A stretch of 64,000 nucleotides of DNA from Candidatus Allofournierella pullicola (lineage in GTDB: Bacteria > Bacillota > Clostridia > Oscillospirales > Ruminococcaceae). The position numbers and the translations under genes were made by a program. This document shows positions 1 through 7,756 of this stretch, piece by piece. The stretch is from contig DXFW01000013.1 of NCBI GenBank assembly GCA_019114225.1, positions 13,260 through 77,259 on the forward strand, written 5' to 3'. How positions within the stretch are numbered: the first letter of the stretch is position 1; every line of letters begins with the position of its first letter. The notes under the pieces were generated by a model, which saw nothing but the letters and a program-made list of their open reading frames with translations, did no database searches and was not told where the DNA came from.

Positions 1-490
1 TGCGGGCCAGCTCCAGGTGCTGCTTCTGGTCCACGCCCACCGGCACCAGGTCCGCGTTGTAAACAAGGATGTCGGCGGCCATCAGGGCGGGGTAGGTGAA
101 CAGACCGGCGTTCACGTTGTCGGCGTGCTTGGCGCTCTTGTCCTTGAACTGGGTCATGCGGGACAGTTCGCCGAACTGGGTGTTGCAGCTGAGCACCCAG
201 CTCAGCTGCACGTGGGCGGGCACATGGCTCTGCACGAACAGCAGGCTCACCTTGGGGTCGATCCCGGCGGCCAGCAGCATGGCGGCGGCCTCCCGGGTCT
301 GACGGCGCAGGGCCGCGGGCTCCTGACGCACCGTCAGCGAGTGCAGGTCGGCCACCATGTACAGGCACTCAAAGTCCTGCTGCAGGCTGCCCCAGTTGCG
401 GACAGCGCCGATGTAGTTGCCCAGGGTAAAGGTGCCCGTGGGCTGAATGCCGGAAAGAATGCGCTTTTTGCGCTCGATTTGTTCGCTCAT
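1..490 (-). CDS. trpS: Tryptophan--tRNA ligase, N-terminal ~163 aa (rest of the gene lies beyond the left edge)
   Basis: Absent from the ORF track because it runs off the edge. The reverse complement from ATG at 490 reads [54 protein letters not shown]...KDKSAKH...[13 protein letters not shown]. This is the TrpRS-type GIQP(S/T)G..TLGNY signature of class I aaRS. Confidence 0.85.
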   Translation of the reverse strand, partial: MSEQIERKKRILSGIQPTGTFTLGNYIGAVRNWGSLQQDFECLYMVADLHSLTVRQEPAALRRQTREAAAMLLAAGIDPKVSLLFVQSHVPAHVQLSWVLSCNTQFGELSRMTQFKDKSAKHADNVNAGLFTYPALMAADILVYNADLVPVGVDQKQHLELAR

Positions 491-573
491 TGCTAAAACC
501 TCGATTCTGCGCCGGGCGTGCCCGGAAGATCGTTATTCATTATATACCCGCCGCGGGGGGCGGTGCAAGGGTG

Positions 574-1671
574 TTATTGGGCCAGCCGCAGGGGGCTGGA
601 AGAAGGGGCCAGGGCGGCGGTCAGATACTCGGTGTCGATGAGACCCGCCAGGGTCTCGCTCTCTTCGGCCAGGTGCAGCGCAAGGCGGGCGTAGACCCGG
701 TCGCTTCCGTGATAGCCGTCCACGTATTCCTCGTCCAGGGTGTCGGGCATATAGGAGAAGTCGTAAACTTCATAGCCGTAAGGCTCGCACAACTCGGTGA
801 GGATGGGCATGATCCAGTCCAAATATCCGTAGTTGCCGCTTTCGACCATCCGCTGATAAACGCTGGGAGCGTAGGGCGGCACGATCAGCACCACTTCGAT
901 CTCGTGGTCATTGCAAAAGGCCAGCAGCGACTGGATGGCAAGGGTGCTGGGCTCGTAGACGTACTCGCCGTACTCAAAGCGGTCGGTGCCCTTGAGAATG
1001 CGGTCGAAGGTGTCGTGGAACCCCACATCGGTGCCGGTCTCCGGGTGGTCCAGCAAGCGGCCATAGCAGTAGCTGCCGTCGGCGTTGTAGCCGCTGCCCC
1101 GGCCCACGGCGGCCATGCCGTAGACATTGGGGGGGGCGGAATAGGCGCCGCGCAGGGTGAATTTGCCCTGGGCCCAGCCCCGGATGGCCTCGGGAAGGGC
1201 CGATTTGAACGAGAAGCCGTAGTGGTTGTAGTCAAAGAACTCCGGCATGCTGCCGGTGCCCACCCACGCCTGATTGAAGAAGTTCTGGTCCAGCACCATG
1301 ATGAGGGTGGAGGGCAGCTTGTCCTCGTCCAGCTGCTCCAGGAAAAACTGGAACTCGTTCACATAGCCCGCGCCGCCGCCGGCGTTGTAGAAGCTGTCGG
1401 TGGTGAAGAACTCGCTGTGGAACTGCATGCTGCGGCTGGTGCCCAGCACCAGCAGGTCCGCGCCCAGCTCATTGGCCACCAGGTGCTTGTAGTAGCGGGT
1501 GTTGTCCCGGTAGGCAAGGCCGAAAAAGGCCGGTTCGCCCGCCGCCACTTTGGCGGCGATCTCCTCCTCGGTGCGCCACTCGCCGCTGGCGTAGATGGCC
1601 CCGGCAAAGAGGGCGATGAACAGAAGAACAGGCGCGAGGAACAGCGCCACGATACAGAGAAAACGTTTCAA
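574..1671 (-). CDS. DltD/SGNH-like membrane-anchored partner of the MBOAT acyltransferase (365 aa)
   Basis: One N-terminal TM (FLCIVALFLAPVLLFIALFAGAIY). Block-I-like LVLGTSRSMQF and a C-terminal VDGYHGSD (D-x-x-H) as in DltD/AlgJ-type proteins. Co-oriented with the MBOAT gene and 15 nt downstream of it. Confidence 0.6.
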   Translation of the reverse strand: MKRFLCIVALFLAPVLLFIALFAGAIYASGEWRTEEEIAAKVAAGEPAFFGLAYRDNTRYYKHLVANELGADLLVLGTSRSMQFHSEFFTTDSFYNAGGGAGYVNEFQFFLEQLDEDKLPSTLIMVLDQNFFNQAWVGTGSMPEFFDYNHYGFSFKSALPEAIRGWAQGKFTLRGAYSAPPNVYGMAAVGRGSGYNADGSYCYGRLLDHPETGTDVGFHDTFDRILKGTDRFEYGEYVYEPSTLAIQSLLAFCNDHEIEVVLIVPPYAPSVYQRMVESGNYGYLDWIMPILTELCEPYGYEVYDFSYMPDTLDEEYVDGYHGSDRVYARLALHLAEESETLAGLIDTEYLTAALAPSSSPLRLAQ

Positions 1672-1686
1672 ATCCCGCGCCTCCTT

Positions 1687-3105
1687 TTAAAACTGGAAAT
1701 AGATGTTCTGCAAGGTGCCCGCCGCACCCCAGAACAGGGTGGCGAAAATGCACCCGTAGCAGAAGAGCACCTGCACCCAGCCGCGGCGCGCCTCGGCCCA
1801 GCGGCCGAAGCCCTCCTTGCGGGCGGCAAAGTCCACCCCGAAGGCCGCCAGGGTGAACAGGCCCAGCCGCAGCAGAACGGCGGTGGTGTAGCCCAGCTGG
1901 GTGACGCTCTCTTTCAGGTACTGAAGGCTGAGAGGCATGGGCTGAAGCAGATAGTCCATCAGCAGGCGCACCTGATTCACATCGCCGCTGAAGAAGAAGA
2001 TCCAGGCAAAACACACCAGGACCATGGTGACCGCCCAGCTGACCACGCTGCGCACCGGGCTGCCCGGCTTTTGGCGCAGAAGGCCCCAGGCCTTTTCCCG
2101 CGCACCGCGGGTAGCCCGCCCCGCCAGCAGATAAAGCCCATGGAGCGCGCCCCAGACCACGAAGCCCAGCGCCGCGCCGTGCCAGGCGCCGGAGACCAGG
2201 AAGGTGGCCATGGTGGCAAGGATGAGCACCGCCACGCCGTTGCGGCTGCCGCCCAGGGGAATGTAGATGTAGTCCCGCAGAAAGCTGGAAAGGCTGATGT
2301 GCCAGCGCCGCCAGAACTCGCCCACGCTGCGGGAGAGATAGGGGCTGAGGAAGTTCTCCTCACAACGCAGGCCCAAGAGATTCGCCACGCCGATGGACAG
2401 CTGGGAGTAGCTGGCAAAATCAAAGTAGATGTAAAGGCTGTAGGCCGCCAGCGACCACACAATGCCCAGACCGTAGTAGTGGTTGGGCTGGTAAAGGGCG
2501 TTGTAGTGGGCGGCAAAGTGGTCCGCCAGGCACTTCTTCAAAAACAGGCCCCAGCACAGCCGCACGCAGCCGTTCAGCGCCAGCGCCCGGTCGAAGGCGG
2601 GCGGGCTTTTCAGCTGGGGCAGAAGGCTCTGGGCCCGCTGGATGGGCCCGCTGGTGAGCTGGGCGAAAAAGCCGGTGTAGGCAAAGCAATAGACCGGATT
2701 CTTCTCGGCGGGCAGCGTCCCTTTATACACCGCCACCAGGTAGGTGATGTTCTTGAACACAAAGAAGCTGATCCCCACCGGCATGAGCAGCCCCGAAAAG
2801 GCGGCCAGCGCCTCCCAGCGGCCTGCCAGGGCGGGCAGATATTTGTAGCCTGCCAGGGGCAGGACCCCCGCCAGCACGCCCACCGTCAGGGCGGCCCGGC
2901 CGCCGCCATGGGCCATCCAGAGGCCGCAAAGCCAGCCCGCGGCGGTGATGAGCGCCAGCGCCGTGAGCGCCTGCAGCCCAAAGCTGAGGGCGAAGTAGAC
3001 GTTGGCTGCCGCCAGCACCCAGGGGCGCAGGCGGGCGGGCAGCGCCCACCAGAGGGCGAACAGCACCACGCCGAAGCCCAGAAAGGAAACAGAGAGAAAA
3101 TTCAT
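1687..3105 (-). CDS. MBOAT-family membrane O-acyltransferase (AlgI/DltB-like, 472 aa)
   Basis: Polytopic. Contains the MBOAT hallmark region FWRRWHISLSSFLRDYIYIPLGGSRNG with the conserved His. SD AACAGGAG lies upstream of ATG 3105. Confidence 0.85.
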   Translation of the reverse strand: MNFLSVSFLGFGVVLFALWWALPARLRPWVLAAANVYFALSFGLQALTALALITAAGWLCGLWMAHGGGRAALTVGVLAGVLPLAGYKYLPALAGRWEALAAFSGLLMPVGISFFVFKNITYLVAVYKGTLPAEKNPVYCFAYTGFFAQLTSGPIQRAQSLLPQLKSPPAFDRALALNGCVRLCWGLFLKKCLADHFAAHYNALYQPNHYYGLGIVWSLAAYSLYIYFDFASYSQLSIGVANLLGLRCEENFLSPYLSRSVGEFWRRWHISLSSFLRDYIYIPLGGSRNGVAVLILATMATFLVSGAWHGAALGFVVWGALHGLYLLAGRATRGAREKAWGLLRQKPGSPVRSVVSWAVTMVLVCFAWIFFFSGDVNQVRLLMDYLLQPMPLSLQYLKESVTQLGYTTAVLLRLGLFTLAAFGVDFAARKEGFGRWAEARRGWVQVLFCYGCIFATLFWGAAGTLQNIYFQF

Positions 3106-3201
3106 CGGTCAAAACTCCTGTTATAGAGGGAGGCGGCCCGGCGGGCCGCACGGGAATATACCTATTATAAAAAAAAGAAGCCTTCTTTGCAAATCGGGAA
3201 A

Positions 3202-3230
3202 TTGACAAAGCCACTTTGAGCGATTAGAAT
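3202..3230 (+). promoter_or_regulatory. Sigma-A-type promoter of gltX (TTGACA-17 nt-TAGAAT)
   Basis: TTGACA at 3202-3207, 17-nt spacer, TAGAAT at 3225-3230. Sits about 60 nt upstream of the gltX start. Confidence 0.6.
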
Positions 3231-3291
3231 GGAACAAAGAAAAGCCCGGCGGGCCGCATGGCGCCGCCGTTTCAGAAGGAGCAATCACACC

Positions 3292-4746
3292 ATGCTGAAC
3301 AATTCTGTCCGCACCCGATTCGCGCCCAGCCCCACGGGCTATATGCACGTGGGCAACCTGCGCACCGCCCTCTACGCCTATCTCAAGGCTCGCAGCGCCC
3401 CCGACGGGGTGTTCATCCTCCGCATTGAGGACACCGACCAGGGCCGCTATGTGGAAGGCGCGGTGGATATCATCTACAACACCCTGCGCCAGACCGGCCT
3501 CACCTGGGACGAAGGCCCCGACGTGGGCGGCCCGGTGGGCCCCTATGTCCAGAGCGAGCGCATGGGCATGTTCAAGCAGTATGCCGAGCAGCTGGTGAAA
3601 GAGGGCAAAGCCTATTACTGCTTCTGCACCACCGAGCGGCTGGAGCAGCTGCACGAGCAGCAGAAGGCCGCCGGCGAGGCGGTGGGCCACTATGACCGCC
3701 ACTGCCGGAACCTGAGCCCCGAAGAAGTGGCCGAAAAGCTGGCGGCGGGCACCCCCTACGTCATCCGCCAGAAGTGCCCCACCGAGGGCGTGACCGGGTT
3801 TGACGACGCGGTCTACGGCCACATCGAGGTGAACAACGCCGAGCTGGAGGACCAGATCCTCATCAAGGCGGACGGCATGCCCACCTACAACTTCGCCAAC
3901 GTGGTGGACGACCATCTGATGGGCATTACCCATGTCATCCGCGGCTCGGAGTATCTGTCCAGTGCGCCCAAGTACAACCTGCTCTACGAGGCTTTCGGCT
4001 GGCCCGTGCCGGTGTACATCCACTGCCCGCCGGTGATGAAGGACGCCCACAACAAGCTTTCCAAGCGCAACGGCGACGCCTCCTATCAGGACCTGGTGGC
4101 CAAGGGCTTTTTGAGCGAGGCCATCCTCAACTACATTCTGCTGCTGGGCTGGAGCCCCAAGGGCGAGCAGGAGATCTTCACTCTGGAAGAGATGTGCAAG
4201 ATCTTCGACGAGAGCGGTATCAGCAAGAGCCCGGCCATCTTTGACCCGCTGAAGCTGCGGGCCATCAACGCCGAGTACATCCGCCGTCTGACCCCGGAGC
4301 AGTTCCGCAAGATGGCCGATCCCTGGATCGACCAGGCGGTGCACCGCCCCATCGACCGGGACCTGCTGTGCGCGAACCTCCAGCCCCGGTGCGAAGTGCT
4401 GGGCGAGATCCCCGAACAGCTGGACTTCTTCGACGCGGTGCTGCCCTACGGCCCCGAGCTCTATGCCAACAAGAAGCAGAAGACCACCCCCGAGACCGCC
4501 AAGACCGCGCTGGAAGCCCTGAAGCCGGTGCTGGAAGGTCTGGACGCCTGGAACAAGGACGCCATCTTCGAAGCCTGCAAACAGCTGGCCGAGAAGATGG
4601 AGGTCAAGAACGGCTGGCTGCTCTACCCGCTGGGCATTGCCCTCTCCGGCAAGCAGCGCACCCCCGGCGGCGGCACCGACCTGGCCGCCATGCTGGGCAG
4701 GGAAGAGACCCTCGCCCGCCTGAACGCCGCTCTGGCCGCCCTGTAA
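3292..4746 (+). CDS. gltX: Glutamate--tRNA ligase
   Basis: VRTRFAPSPTGYMHVGNLRTALYAYL (HIGH-type motif) and KLSKRNG (KMSKS-type motif). The track ORF starts at 3229, but AAGGAG plus 10 nt precedes ATG 3292 (MLNNSVRTRF). Confidence 0.93.
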   Translation: MLNNSVRTRFAPSPTGYMHVGNLRTALYAYLKARSAPDGVFILRIEDTDQGRYVEGAVDIIYNTLRQTGLTWDEGPDVGGPVGPYVQSERMGMFKQYAEQLVKEGKAYYCFCTTERLEQLHEQQKAAGEAVGHYDRHCRNLSPEEVAEKLAAGTPYVIRQKCPTEGVTGFDDAVYGHIEVNNAELEDQILIKADGMPTYNFANVVDDHLMGITHVIRGSEYLSSAPKYNLLYEAFGWPVPVYIHCPPVMKDAHNKLSKRNGDASYQDLVAKGFLSEAILNYILLLGWSPKGEQEIFTLEEMCKIFDESGISKSPAIFDPLKLRAINAEYIRRLTPEQFRKMADPWIDQAVHRPIDRDLLCANLQPRCEVLGEIPEQLDFFDAVLPYGPELYANKKQKTTPETAKTALEALKPVLEGLDAWNKDAIFEACKQLAEKMEVKNGWLLYPLGIALSGKQRTPGGGTDLAAMLGREETLARLNAALAAL

Positions 4747-4756
4747 CAAACAAAAA

Positions 4757-4790
4757 GAGCCGCTCCCGGCCGGGAGCGGCTTTTTTGTTG
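4757..4790 (+). terminator. Intrinsic terminator after gltX
   Basis: GAGCCGCTCCCGG/CCGGGAGCGGC hairpin followed by TTTTTTGTTG. Confidence 0.8.
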
Positions 4791-4909
4791 CAAGGAAACT
4801 GTGGTAAAATAGAAGAAACGCCCAAGGGGATCGTTCCATGGGCGTGGAGCTGGATTTGTGACGGTACAAAGAAAACGCGGTCCGATGACTGGACCGACCG
4901 GTGAGCGTT

Positions 4910-5518
4910 ATGGACGAGAGAATGCAAAAGGTGCTGGAAAACATAAAAGCCTCTCCCAGAGAGGTTCGCGTCTTTCCCGTGGACGAGAAGGTGCTGGCCG
5001 AATGCAAGGAGCGGCTGCCCCTGAATTGGGGCAGTCTGCTGGGCGTGCTGCTGGAAAACACCGGCGGCATTGTGATTGACGGCTGGCTGCGTTTTTACGG
5101 CGCGGGGGAACTGAACATAATCGAGCGGAACAAACTGATGCCCTTCCGGGAGCTGGCGATAGCGGAAGACATACTGGGCGGCGTGTTTCTGCTGCTGGCA
5201 GATGGAAACGTGGGGTATTTTGCCCCCGACAGCCTGGAGGTGGAGAAAATGGAATTTCAGACCGGCCGCTTTCTCGCCTGGTGCCTGCATGGCAACACCG
5301 ACCTCTTCTATTCTGATTACCGGTGGAAGGGCTGGCAAAAGGACGTGTCAGAGTTGCGGTGCGATGAGGGATTTGCCTTTTATCCCTTCCTTTTCGCCCG
5401 GGCGGACGACATCGAGAGCAGAAAACGGAAGAAGGTGCCGATGGCGGAGATCATCGGCCTGGAATTTGATTTTTTGCGGCAGTTGGGGCAAGGGGGAGAC
5501 GGCAACGCAGAAAAATAA
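4910..5518 (+). CDS. Conserved hypothetical protein, probably DUF2625 family (family name from memory)
   Basis: ORF 4901-5518 (GTG) with ATG at 4910. Motifs GGIVIDGWLRFYGAG, GNVGYFAPDSLEVEKM and FLAWCLHGNTDLFYSDYRWKGW resemble DUF2625 proteins. Confidence 0.6.
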   Translation: MDERMQKVLENIKASPREVRVFPVDEKVLAECKERLPLNWGSLLGVLLENTGGIVIDGWLRFYGAGELNIIERNKLMPFRELAIAEDILGGVFLLLADGNVGYFAPDSLEVEKMEFQTGRFLAWCLHGNTDLFYSDYRWKGWQKDVSELRCDEGFAFYPFLFARADDIESRKRKKVPMAEIIGLEFDFLRQLGQGGDGNAEK

Positions 5519-5525
5519 AAAAACA

Positions 5526-5575
5526 GGCCGGACGCCGGGCACCAAAAGAGGTGCGGGGCGGTCCGGCCCGTTTTT
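5526..5575. terminator. Bidirectional intrinsic terminator between the convergent DUF2625 and csoR-like genes
   Basis: Long hairpin GGCCGGACGCCGGGCACC-AAAAGA-GGTGCGGGGCGGTCCGGCC, flanked by an A-run upstream and CGTTTTTATTT downstream. Confidence 0.8.
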
Positions 5576-5834
5576 ATTTCAGCTTTGCGAACTGGTCGAT
5601 GGCCTCTTCCAGGCTGGCCAGAGTGTCCTCGTCGCAGTCGGGCAGAACACAGTGGGTCAGGTGCTCGGTGAGGATGAGTTTTGCCACCTGGGTCACGGCG
5701 CTGCTCACGCTGGAAAGCTGGATGAGCAGTTCGTCGCAGGGGCGGCCCTCGTTCACCATCTCCCGAATGCCGTTCACCTGGCCGCTGATACGGGCCAGAC
5801 GGCGGTTCACGTCGGCGGAATGTTTGCAGTCCAT
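5574..5834 (-). CDS. CsoR/RcnR-family metal-sensing transcriptional repressor (86 aa)
   Basis: MDCKHSADVNRRLARISGQVNGIREMV..GRPCDELLIQL..ILTEHLTHCV matches the DUF156 fold. It has the C...H-x3-C ligand pattern plus Cys3/His5 near the N-terminus. AAGGAGG plus 9 nt precedes ATG 5834 (the track ORF extends to 5858). Confidence 0.8.
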   Translation of the reverse strand: MDCKHSADVNRRLARISGQVNGIREMVNEGRPCDELLIQLSSVSSAVTQVAKLILTEHLTHCVLPDCDEDTLASLEEAIDQFAKLK

Positions 5835-5854
5835 GGCGGTTTGCCTCCTTTGTG

Positions 5855-7420
5855 TCACTGGGCGATGGTGGCGTTCGTGAGGTCCAGCACCGGGCCGAAG
5901 GGCCGGAACACCAGCCCCTCTACCCCCGGCTGCACCAGCAGGGCCTTGGTCTGGAACCAGAGGGGCGCGGCGCAGGCGCTTTCCAACAGGCTGCGCTCCA
6001 GCGCGGCCACGTCTCCGGCGGTGTGGGTGCCGTCGGCAAACAAGGCCTCCAGCTGATTCTGCCAGCCGATGTCGTTCCAGTCAGCAAGCTGCGCGGCCTG
6101 GAGCAGCAGCTGGGCGGCGGAGTCGCTGGAAAGGGAAAGGGGCACAAGGGCGATCTGGTAATCTCCCGACGCCACCCGGGCGTTCAGCTCGTCCAGAGGC
6201 AGCTGCTTCACGGGGAAATAGGCGGAGAAGGCGCCCAGCTCCTTCTGCCACTGCTGGTTCACGCCCTGGGCCAGCTGCAGATAGCTGCTGCCTTCCGGCG
6301 CCAGCAGGGTGACGTTTTCAAAGCGGGAAAGGCCCAAAGCCTCCAGCCCCTGGCGGCACAGGTCCGCCGCACTGCCGAAGGCGGGCTGTATGCTGCCCGC
6401 GGCGTCCCGGTAGTTTTCGCCCTGCACGGTCACCGCGGGAGGAATGAGGCCGTCGGCGGCGGCAAAGCCTTCCGGCAGCTCCACCGCGGCGGAGCGGGCG
6501 CTGACGGTCAGCGCCTCACGGATCAGGGGCTGGGCCAGGGTCTCGTCGCCGCAGTTGAACAGCAGCACCCAGGTGGTGGCGGTGTAGGGGATGGAATCCA
6601 GCCCGTCGGCACTCAAGGTCTCGCTCAGGGCAGCGGTGGCGCCGCCTTCTTTCACCAGCGCTTCGCCCCAAAGGGTCACGCCCGAAGCGGCGGAGGAGCT
6701 GCCGCTGGATTCGGCGGTCTCCCCGGTGGCGTTGATGACCAGCCGCAGGGCGGTCACCGCGTCGCCGTTTGCGGGCCGGCGCAGAAACAGGCCGTTGTCG
6801 TTCCAGTTATAAACATAAAAGCTGCCGTTGCCCATGGTGGCGGCGCGGGTCAGCCCGTAGGAGCCTTCGGTGCTTTCAAAAAACTCCTCGTTGCAGGGCA
6901 TTGCTCCCGGCAAAGCCAGTTTGTAGAGCAGCTGGGGGTCCGGCTGGTCCAGTTGGATGACCACCGTGCGCGCGTCCGGCGCGCTCACGCCCAGGGCCGT
7001 TTCGTCCATTGCACCCGAAAGCACCTCCGCGCTGTTCTTGATGGCGGCGTAGGTGCTGGTGTAGGGACTGCCGGTCTCCGGCCGGAACACCCGCCGCAGG
7101 CCGAACACAAAGTCTGCCGCGGTCAGTTCATATTCCGCCTCGCCGCCCCGGTTCTGGGTGTAGGCCAGTCCCTCTTTCAAAGTGAAGGTGTAGGTGAGGC
7201 CGTCTCCGCTCACGGTGTAGCTCTCGGCGCAGTCGGACACCGGTTCCCCCTCGTCGTTCAGCCGGAACAGCCCGCTGTAAAGATTGGTCACCGCGATCAG
7301 CTCGGGGCTCTCCCACGCAAGCTGAGGGTCAAGATTGTTGGGCACCCGCTCCATGGCCCAGGTGAATTCGATCTGGCTGCCGCAGCCGGTGAGACACAGC
7401 GCGGCAAGGCCGGCCAGCAA
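5855..7420 (-). CDS. Family-5 (OppA/NikA-type) ABC substrate-binding lipoprotein, orphan (no permease or ATPase genes adjacent)
   Basis: Lipobox LAALCLTGCGS. SBP_bac_5-like stretches NLDPQLAWESPELIAVTNLYSGLFRLNDEGEPV and GLTYTFTLKEGLAY. The first canonical start is TTG 7420, but the ideal SD-spaced codon at 7439-7441 is ACG (see findings). Confidence 0.75.
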   Translation of the reverse strand: MLAGLAALCLTGCGSQIEFTWAMERVPNNLDPQLAWESPELIAVTNLYSGLFRLNDEGEPVSDCAESYTVSGDGLTYTFTLKEGLAYTQNRGGEAEYELTAADFVFGLRRVFRPETGSPYTSTYAAIKNSAEVLSGAMDETALGVSAPDARTVVIQLDQPDPQLLYKLALPGAMPCNEEFFESTEGSYGLTRAATMGNGSFYVYNWNDNGLFLRRPANGDAVTALRLVINATGETAESSGSSSAASGVTLWGEALVKEGGATAALSETLSADGLDSIPYTATTWVLLFNCGDETLAQPLIREALTVSARSAAVELPEGFAAADGLIPPAVTVQGENYRDAAGSIQPAFGSAADLCRQGLEALGLSRFENVTLLAPEGSSYLQLAQGVNQQWQKELGAFSAYFPVKQLPLDELNARVASGDYQIALVPLSLSSDSAAQLLLQAAQLADWNDIGWQNQLEALFADGTHTAGDVAALERSLLESACAAPLWFQTKALLVQPGVEGLVFRPFGPVLDLTNATIAQ

Positions 7421-7756
7421 AAGCAGTTTGAGCTTTTTCGTGGGGCGCGCCCCCTTTCTTCTGTTTTTATTGTAAGACGATCAGAACATGGATATGTTTT
7501 CACCGCCCGGAGATATACATTTTAATCCTATCAAAAAATTGCGGAAAATTCAAACCGCGCTCCGAATTTTCACTCATTTTTCGCCCGCGGGCCGAAAACC
7601 GCGGCAAAAGGGCGTTTGCAGCCTCTTTTTTTGCCCGGCGCGGGGCTGCTTTGGTTGCGCCTGCTTCCAAAAGTGACTATAATGAATAAGATAACCGTTC
7701 CCGGGCGTTTTTGCCGCCCGGCGGCACTTTTGTGAAGGAAAGGCTGTGTTGCAAAA

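Noticed and set aside
490-3126. 878-aa plus-strand ORF, and similar very long ORFs in the track: 3121-5070(-), 5852-7525(+), 7574-9208(-), 12360-13925(-), 16812-18899(-), 22567-24405(-), 39954-42572(-), 42490-43959(-), 50555-52780(-), 57572-58948(-), 58140-59585(-), 61297-63159(-).
   Set aside because: Each lies antisense to, or out of frame with, a gene carrying clear family motifs. The translations are Ala/Gly/Arg/Pro/His-rich low-information strings with no recognisable domains and no SD-start context. This is the expected stop-codon-poor antisense artefact of a high-GC genome.
3229-3291. N-terminal extensions offered by the ORF track: gltX 3229, antiporter 12522, degV 14954, marR 15444, MFS 20459, ATPase 22525, DUF554 32506, fbp 40497, BMP 43848, ABC ATPase 45232, phosphatase 49744, enolase-family 56437, gntR 56548, hdeD 57590, SDR 59471.
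   Set aside because: In each case an internal ATG/GTG/TTG with a well-spaced AGGAGG-like SD gives an N-terminus matching the family. The extension would also cover promoter, terminator or operator sequence.
3106-3291. T-box leader upstream of gltX (also considered upstream of trpS).
   Set aside because: The distance from the gltX promoter to the start is only about 60 nt, with no specifier loop or T-box sequence. The trpS upstream region (491-573) is about 80 nt and equally too short.
7442-7453. 12-bp perfect palindrome GGGGCGCGCCCC as a CsoR/RcnR G/C-tract operator.
   Set aside because: Known sites have AT-rich inverted flanks (TACT...AGTA type). The flanks here (CTTTTTCGT / TTTCTTCTG) are not inverted. 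The palindrome also sits at the SD, downstream of any plausible promoter. Not supportable without binding data.
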